The notes below the pieces were generated by a model. It made no database searches and was not told the DNA's origin. It saw nothing but the letters and a program-made list of their open reading frames with translations. The translations under genes were made by a program, and so were the position numbers. Shown one piece after another: positions 58,801 through 64,000 of a stretch of 64,000 nucleotides of DNA; position 1 is the first letter of the stretch, and the number at the start of each line of letters is the position of its first letter. This DNA is from Pachysolen tannophilus NRRL Y-2460. Taxonomy: Eukaryota. The DNA is taken from contig KV454011.1 in the NCBI GenBank assembly GCA_001661245.1, positions 585,498 through 649,497 of the forward strand, given 5' to 3'.

Positions 58801-59314
58801 GAATAATCCTAAACTATCAATATACAATTGGAATTACTGTTTTATCTTAACAAATATGTTAAATGTACTTTATTTGACTATGGATAATAACAAAACACAA
58901 AGAGTTAACCAGCTTGTGGATAAAAAACCAACTGAACTTTTAAGATTATGTCTACAAATCTACAACAAGTATTATTATAGACCAATTTTGAAGATTATCA
59001 AGTTAATCATTCCTTTCAATGGTAAAAAATGGAAATCCAACAATATGGATTTGATCTCTTTAATATATTTATACTATAAAGTTGAACTCAAAGATTTGTG
59101 GCTAACAAATAATTACAACAATAACAACTTGGATACAATGGAAGAATTGAAAAGATCTTACAACCAAGAATACTCTTTAAGATCATTATTACAATATTAC
59201 AATTTGAAAAACTATCATTCACAAATGAAAAATCTAGGTTACGATTATTTTGCAATGGATTTCTTTAATAAAGAATTGAGCAAATTGTACCTGTCCCAAG
59301 AATATGACAACTGA
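55874..59314 (+). CDS. FAR11: Far11 (STRIP1/2 family; N1221 and DUF3402 domains)
   Basis: EINDWF, SPLDYYQFREDLATRYPSY, VPYSIKEAG, LLKWFKLSHILKFEY, GKKWKSNNMDLIS motifs; first ATG 55874. Confidence 0.92.
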   Translation: MASNNHLSKEAQLFEEANVIDIGVVNDKDQENQLLNNPHVSSPGRLNRSRRNSVHSASSSASSLQDIRFQPKKNKSSGNINTGSSGSGSSSNYDSGNNNNSNGNGKDFRKHSNKPFSYDEDLIIFGDHLNDNRDENILYDYDADADTASIATSVTTTYDDSTNEGGDQANSENDNDLILTIPELMFKMEDKQSFIIEINDWFVYNDLKKIPAVELIFNNRANVEHFLKLDQHKQVSIIEDLTAEFSRIVSNIVDKNDDYKGLLKILISLSYLSMGGCYSEEVDIQEHEMLIYENLSKLITYDIVDPLLNINKYLLKNILKSDGDIRKLLELTTMFFYSLTILYFLLCFILEEKIFVDLELKEKLIQQIDDSNILIEFVKGINTWRYLNTDLDCYQLKIKQNFKLRNLITCISKLILLEFGGLKDLKKTKDFLRFKYEKDDPQKVNDKSLWQSGKFKVSPLDYYQFREDLATRYPSYTPPPPKNISEEVELTLEDINSNTSINNYGTNNDSDNNSHDNTLQKNEYKDSLPFLTRRLSESLINPPFSQRRANARMSLINIPPPDIHIATPACSPILDFAESPTTNNPFLSFAVNNNNVDNGHDKNNNHSNNNNHNNNNSNNNSNNNKSNAKKSFQTNSNYPYIYPDDETDVPYSIKEAGNIFYNSVKEDVNTAQFMEVFEDFIVQERGVIDTLKEDHNKKRNFEYKKEDIERFPNFEKEIKILMRIEKFYQYCLSDFNSLVFVLLQVIISNTDKEKLTKKPTSQKPNTHLHQQQQQLQKESNKKDFTKEEIFKLASSVYGGEKLPYALKQKCEVSRTKEITLKFASQILFLLLKWFKLSHILKFEYLAMIIFDENYYEIFLNFLSSNFEQVQESLNNFDDFMLDNIDDSEILSKQFNNDELIFLKYQYYSEFGWNKVLKEELDISDFKFFDFCFKNTSNGIRNLDNKAQDLKKFQKQHENLKNEANKHNKLIPSYYNLNNPKLSIYNWNYCFILTNMLNVLYLTMDNNKTQRVNQLVDKKPTELLRLCLQIYNKYYYRPILKIIKLIIPFNGKKWKSNNMDLISLIYLYYKVELKDLWLTNNYNNNNLDTMEELKRSYNQEYSLRSLLQYYNLKNYHSQMKNLGYDYFAMDFFNKELSKLYLSQEYDN

Positions 59315-59652
59315 ACTACAACTAGATCCAGATCCCCAATCTACAATCCTTTTTAACTTTATGTATACATCTTTTATATAGTTCATATCATATCATAACC
59401 ATAGTTGGTTTAATAGATATATATGGTGTGGCCCAAACCCACAGCTTTCCAAAATAGGCAATTCTGTACAATTTCCAAATTCGGTTTTTTTTTTTNTTTT
59501 TTTTTTGTATTTGTTTATCAAGATGCGAAAAATGTAAACAAAAAACCTCATTTTTAAATGTATTTTTATGATTTCTTTGTTTAATCACCGCGTAGATAGT
59601 TGTTTAGTATTATCAAAATAAAAGGAGAAAGTAAAAGGCGGTTAGCTTTAGG

Positions 59653-62331
59653 ATGTCAATGCATTCAGGTCAGATGATAAGGGTTTATTTTCATAAACTT
59701 ATAAGTTCACTATTGCCAGATGAGATAGACCATTATTATGCCGATGGGTTATTTGAGAACTTGTATAATTTCTTAATTTTAGGTGATGTGGACTCTACCA
59801 ATAGTACATCTTTACAAAATATCATTAATGAATATAAAAAGGTAGTATTATATCAGCTGAATTCAAGTTCTAATTGGAAAATTTTTCAAACAGTTGTGGA
59901 GAATTTAATAAGTTTTAATTACGATGAGGAAAAAATTTTGAACTATTTGATTTTCTTGGATGATTTTAAAAATAACAGGAATGAGGAACAGGAAATCAGA
60001 AGACCTACTACCAGATATAATAGCATGCCAGCCATCAATGGTAATGGGAATCACATTAACAATAACAATATGAATAATGGCTTCAGGGCGAATAGTTTCA
60101 CGTTAGGAAGTAAAACGTTGAACGAATTGATACAGCCGTATTATTACAATAATCATTCTGATCAAAATAATATAACAGATGAAGAGATTTTAAAATATTT
60201 GTCATTTACCTTATTAGGTTCTACTTCTAATATTTTTCCATTTATAAATAACGGAGAAGGAATTAAATTACCCTTAAACACAAATTACAGCATTAGCGGA
60301 TTATTATTTAAAATATTAGAACCAGCATTACTTTATAGGAAATTGATAGCTATTATTGAAAATAATAATAAGCATCAAAATTATTCAAAGTCACAGATTA
60401 AAGTTGCCTTTTTCACTGAATTGCAAAACAATTATTTGAAAAATTATCTGAAGTTGATCAATGATTTATTTAGTCTGGAAAATCATTTGACAATAAAAAT
60501 TGTTTATTTATCGATATATGATGAAATTATTAAGTTAAGATTTTTGCACTATTTAACCATGAATCTGGAATTACCTTCTAATGAGTTTTTATCATTGTTA
60601 TTCAAGTTCAGCGATCATGGAGATGCATTAATTCAAAAAGTTGCCAAAAATTTGTTTGATAAATCTGTCGCACCATATTATGAAGTATTGTTCAAATGGA
60701 TAACAAGTGGAGAATTAAACAGTGATAATAACAATAATGAAGGATTTTTTGTTGAGTTAAAAGCCGATCATCAACAGCAACAACAACAAATACTAACAAT
60801 AGCCCATCAAAATGAAGGAATTATTAATGCACATAAATTCATTAAACATAGAGTACCAGAATTTATTCCTTTACAACTGTGTCAAAAAATTTATCAAATA
60901 GGTAAAACAATTATTTTTTTGAAAAACTATTGTAAAGAGTTGAAGTTTTTAAATGATTTTAGTCAAAAAAATGATTTCTTAATCAAAAATTTTAAAGAAA
61001 TGAACCTAGTCCAGAAGAAATTAACAAATTTGATCAATTTACAACACAAGGAAATTATCAATTACTTTAATTTTGTGATAGTAAAGAAATTTGGTCTTTT
61101 AGAAATTTTACAAAATTTGAACAATTTCTTATTAATGTCAAAAGGTGATTTTATAAATTCAATTATAGAGAAGAGTTCACATGTACTAAATAAACCTTCA
61201 AACTCGTTAACATCTCATCAACTAACACGAATTTTACAAGATTCCATATATGATTCAACTGTTAAGAATTTCCCTAAATCAACGCTAAATTCGCTTGATG
61301 CGAGAGTTTTAGAAATAGGAGGGAATTCATCGACTTCAAGTTGGGATGTATTTACTTTAGATTATAGAATTAACATGCCTTTGTCAATAATTTTAAACAA
61401 CAAGGATAATGAAAGTTTAAAAGAATACTTAAGAATGTTTAATTTTTTGTTTAAATTGAAGAGAGTCCAGTATCTACTACATTCAAATTTTAACAAGAAG
61501 AAAACATTTAGAGAAGTTAACACTTATGTGAAAAAATTGAAATTAATTAAAAAAAATAATAAGGAAAATTTTATAATTGGTGAAGATGATGTAAAATTTC
61601 TGATGGTGGTTAATAAATTTAAAAAATTAAACATTATCAATTTAAATATGTTACATTTTATGAATAAAATTACGAATTTTTTCAATTATGAAGTTATTGA
61701 TAAAAATTTCCATAAATTTATTGATTTATTCTCTATCAAAGATGAAGATAATTATCAAATAAATTCAATAACTGAAAATGAAAGAAATTTGAAAGTTTTA
61801 AAGCAAAAATTGATGCCAAATAAAGAATTTTTATCTCAAATTAATAGCCAAAAAGATGATGATTTACCACAACCAAATATAATTAAATTAGAATATAACG
61901 AATTTGATATAGATGAATTAATTGAAAATCATAAATCATATATTTTAAGTATTTCCAGAAACAAGATTTTAAACAACAAGAATTTGAATTCAAAAGGGAA
62001 AGTTTCTAATGTTTTCTATATTCAACAATTGAATAACTTGGTACATTTAATTTTTAAATTTGTTATACTTTTTGAAGAATTTTATAACAATTCTCTTGAA
62101 CTATTAACAGTATTAAACAACAAAGCTTTTAGCAATCAATCTTTTGAACATGAAAAGCTGGAAACTGATGAGTATATTACAATGATTGGAAGCAAATTAG
62201 GCGTTTTAGAAAATAATTTATACAAAGATGTGTTGATAAATTTTAAAGGAGGTTTAGATTTTTTTGTTAAAGATTTGATTAGTGATGATGATTTGGATTT
62301 AAAGTATTTAGGTCTGATGCTAGACGACTAG
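59653..62331 (+). CDS. SPC98: Gamma-tubulin complex component Spc98/GCP3
   Basis: HGD...WITSGEL, VPEFIP..KIYQIGK, FLLMSKGDFI, LDARVL, WDVFTLDY, YLRMFNFLFKLKR. Confidence 0.92.
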   Translation: MSMHSGQMIRVYFHKLISSLLPDEIDHYYADGLFENLYNFLILGDVDSTNSTSLQNIINEYKKVVLYQLNSSSNWKIFQTVVENLISFNYDEEKILNYLIFLDDFKNNRNEEQEIRRPTTRYNSMPAINGNGNHINNNNMNNGFRANSFTLGSKTLNELIQPYYYNNHSDQNNITDEEILKYLSFTLLGSTSNIFPFINNGEGIKLPLNTNYSISGLLFKILEPALLYRKLIAIIENNNKHQNYSKSQIKVAFFTELQNNYLKNYLKLINDLFSLENHLTIKIVYLSIYDEIIKLRFLHYLTMNLELPSNEFLSLLFKFSDHGDALIQKVAKNLFDKSVAPYYEVLFKWITSGELNSDNNNNEGFFVELKADHQQQQQQILTIAHQNEGIINAHKFIKHRVPEFIPLQLCQKIYQIGKTIIFLKNYCKELKFLNDFSQKNDFLIKNFKEMNLVQKKLTNLINLQHKEIINYFNFVIVKKFGLLEILQNLNNFLLMSKGDFINSIIEKSSHVLNKPSNSLTSHQLTRILQDSIYDSTVKNFPKSTLNSLDARVLEIGGNSSTSSWDVFTLDYRINMPLSIILNNKDNESLKEYLRMFNFLFKLKRVQYLLHSNFNKKKTFREVNTYVKKLKLIKKNNKENFIIGEDDVKFLMVVNKFKKLNIINLNMLHFMNKITNFFNYEVIDKNFHKFIDLFSIKDEDNYQINSITENERNLKVLKQKLMPNKEFLSQINSQKDDDLPQPNIIKLEYNEFDIDELIENHKSYILSISRNKILNNKNLNSKGKVSNVFYIQQLNNLVHLIFKFVILFEEFYNNSLELLTVLNNKAFSNQSFEHEKLETDEYITMIGSKLGVLENNLYKDVLINFKGGLDFFVKDLISDDDLDLKYLGLMLDD

Positions 62332-62606
62332 TTTTTTTATATAGGATAATTATAGAGTCCTACTACTATATTGTTAATAACAAATCTTTAATTGACAATA
62401 TAAAAATTACGGTAAAACTAAAAATTTTAGAACAAATAAAAATAAAAATAAAAATAAAAAAAAAAAAAGAAACACGTCAAGCACGCGGAAACCTCCAATC
62501 ACCAAATCTCAAACCTGTATATGACCAACTAACCACCACGAATTCAACCTTTAACCGTTAACCAAAAAAAAATAAAAAAATAAAAGAATATAAAAAAAAA
62601 AAAAAG

Positions 62607-63260
62607 TTACATGTAATTATCATCACCTGCCTCACTTGCACTAGGTGTAACGTTTCCATCAGTGGTACTATAACCCCCGTCAGAATTAATTTCAACATAA
62701 TCTAAAGACAATCCGTTCACTTGAGTTAAACTTTCATCATCATCATCGTTATCTTCGTCATTCGAGTACTCATCAACGTTGTTATTATTACCATTGATTC
62801 CATTTTCACTAATAAGATTTGAAGAAGACAATCTGGAAAAATTAATATTTTTCCGATTTCTTAAATTTCTCCTTTTCTCATCTATATGAGATCCGTCCGC
62901 TTTTAAAGTCTCGACCGAGGAGGTAACAAGCGGTGTATGATATAATTCTTCTTCATCTTCGTCTTCATCTTCATGATAATGATGATAACGGTACGGATCA
63001 GCCGAAGAAGATGACGCCTTTTCATCATCAAATCCATCACCTTCCTCATTCTCAGAATACTTCGACCTTGAATCTTTCTCCTTATCCTTAAAATCGTTAT
63101 TGAATTCATTCACTTTATTTTCAAATTCTTCTAAAAAGAATTCAAAATCTTGCCTTGTCTCATAGTACGCCTGCAAGATTTTATCTCTATTCATTATTAT
63201 AGCCGCAGTAATACCAACTGTAACGGCTGCTCCAAACACGAACGGTAAATGAGCAGGCAT
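62607..63260 (-). CDS. Hypothetical acidic protein with N-terminal membrane anchor
   Basis: First ATG 63260; hydrophobic LPFVFGAAVTVGITAAIIM then charged, disordered body. Confidence 0.65.
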   Translation of the reverse strand: MPAHLPFVFGAAVTVGITAAIIMNRDKILQAYYETRQDFEFFLEEFENKVNEFNNDFKDKEKDSRSKYSENEEGDGFDDEKASSSSADPYRYHHYHEDEDEDEEELYHTPLVTSSVETLKADGSHIDEKRRNLRNRKNINFSRLSSSNLISENGINGNNNNVDEYSNDEDNDDDDESLTQVNGLSLDYVEINSDGGYSTTDGNVTPSASEAGDDNYM

Positions 63261-63780
63261 ATCCAAGTAATCAAAAAATCAAAAAATCAAACAATCAAAA
63301 TTCCAAAATCAAACCTTCTAACCTCTTCAAATTATAAACTTCTATACTTTTACCTCTTCTTCCTGAATTCATAATAAATATCATATATATTAAGACATTA
63401 CTAAAAAAGCAACACTAGCAGCAAATGGCTGAAAAACAACTTCCGTGTCACCAAAAAGGGGGAAACAAAATTCTGCCATCTGCCATTTTTAAAATACCCG
63501 CTAAAAAAACATTTGCGTTGTTTGACGTGTCATTAGCTAAAGCAGTTTTTTTAAATCTAAGGGCGGTTAAATATTGTCAAACATATATTTATATATATAT
63601 ATATATATATATATGTTTTTTTTTTTTTCAATTGATCCAGGATGTTATAGATTAATATATTGTGTCTATCTGTTTAGTCAATATAAATGCTTTGAATTGA
63701 TTACTTTCTTCTCTGTGTGGTTTATTATTATGTGTTTTTTTTTTTTTGAGCGCTGGGCTCCTTGTTAGGCGGAAAAGGGG

Positions 63781-63830
63781 TGATGTGCAGTGGTGTGCAG
63801 TGGTGTGCGGCGATAAGCGGCGATAAGCGG
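63781..63830. repeat. GC-rich 10-bp-period tandem array with changing unit
   Basis: TGATGTGCAG, TGGTGTGCAG, TGGTGTGCGG, CGATAAGCGG, CGATAAGCGG. Confidence 0.85.
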
Positions 63831-64000
63831 AGATGATGCTTTCGAGAATAGTTGGGAAAAAAAGGGATCATTTTCTGACCCTTTTCTTTTAAGGAATGGA
63901 CCACAAAAGGGACTTTTCTTGTCATATTAAATCTTCTTTATTAATTTTTCGTTGAGCCAAACAAAACCCAATGTTTAAGAAACTCTTAGTGATTTGCATT

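Overview
Very AT-rich, gene-dense eukaryotic (budding yeast, Saccharomycotina) genomic window with one assembly gap (18035-18462). It holds about 27 protein-coding genes: DSL1, a divergent cyclophilin, a WD40 protein, ATX1, MRP4, SHE3, SRP54, CCZ1, ADR1/MXR1, ERG11, a CECR5-type HAD hydrolase, UTP13, an ABC1 kinase, two tandem GSTs, eIF3f, an AGP3-like permease, an F-box protein, SUT1-like and MRR1-like zinc-cluster factors, CRC1, LSM12, FAR11, SPC98 and four orphans. There is also a tRNA-Val(AAC) and a box C/D snoRNA (snR71-type) inside the intron of an essentially non-coding host transcript. Short spliceosomal introns missed by the ORF track were resolved in ATX1, the permease and LSM12. Main observations: (1) in-frame CTG codons repeatedly fall at Ala/small-residue positions of conserved proteins, pointing to the CUG=Ala genetic code (Pachysolen-type), so the supplied translations are probably wrong at CTG; (2) an unannotated multi-helix region at ~53.1-53.6 kb looks like a structured ncRNA, with weaker candidates at 2.4-2.5 kb and 17.3-17.75 kb; (3) the ATX1 intron is in frame, stop-free and splits the MxCxxC copper site; (4) an orphan ORF resembles Shu1. 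Homologue comparisons are from memory; no searches or folding programs were run.
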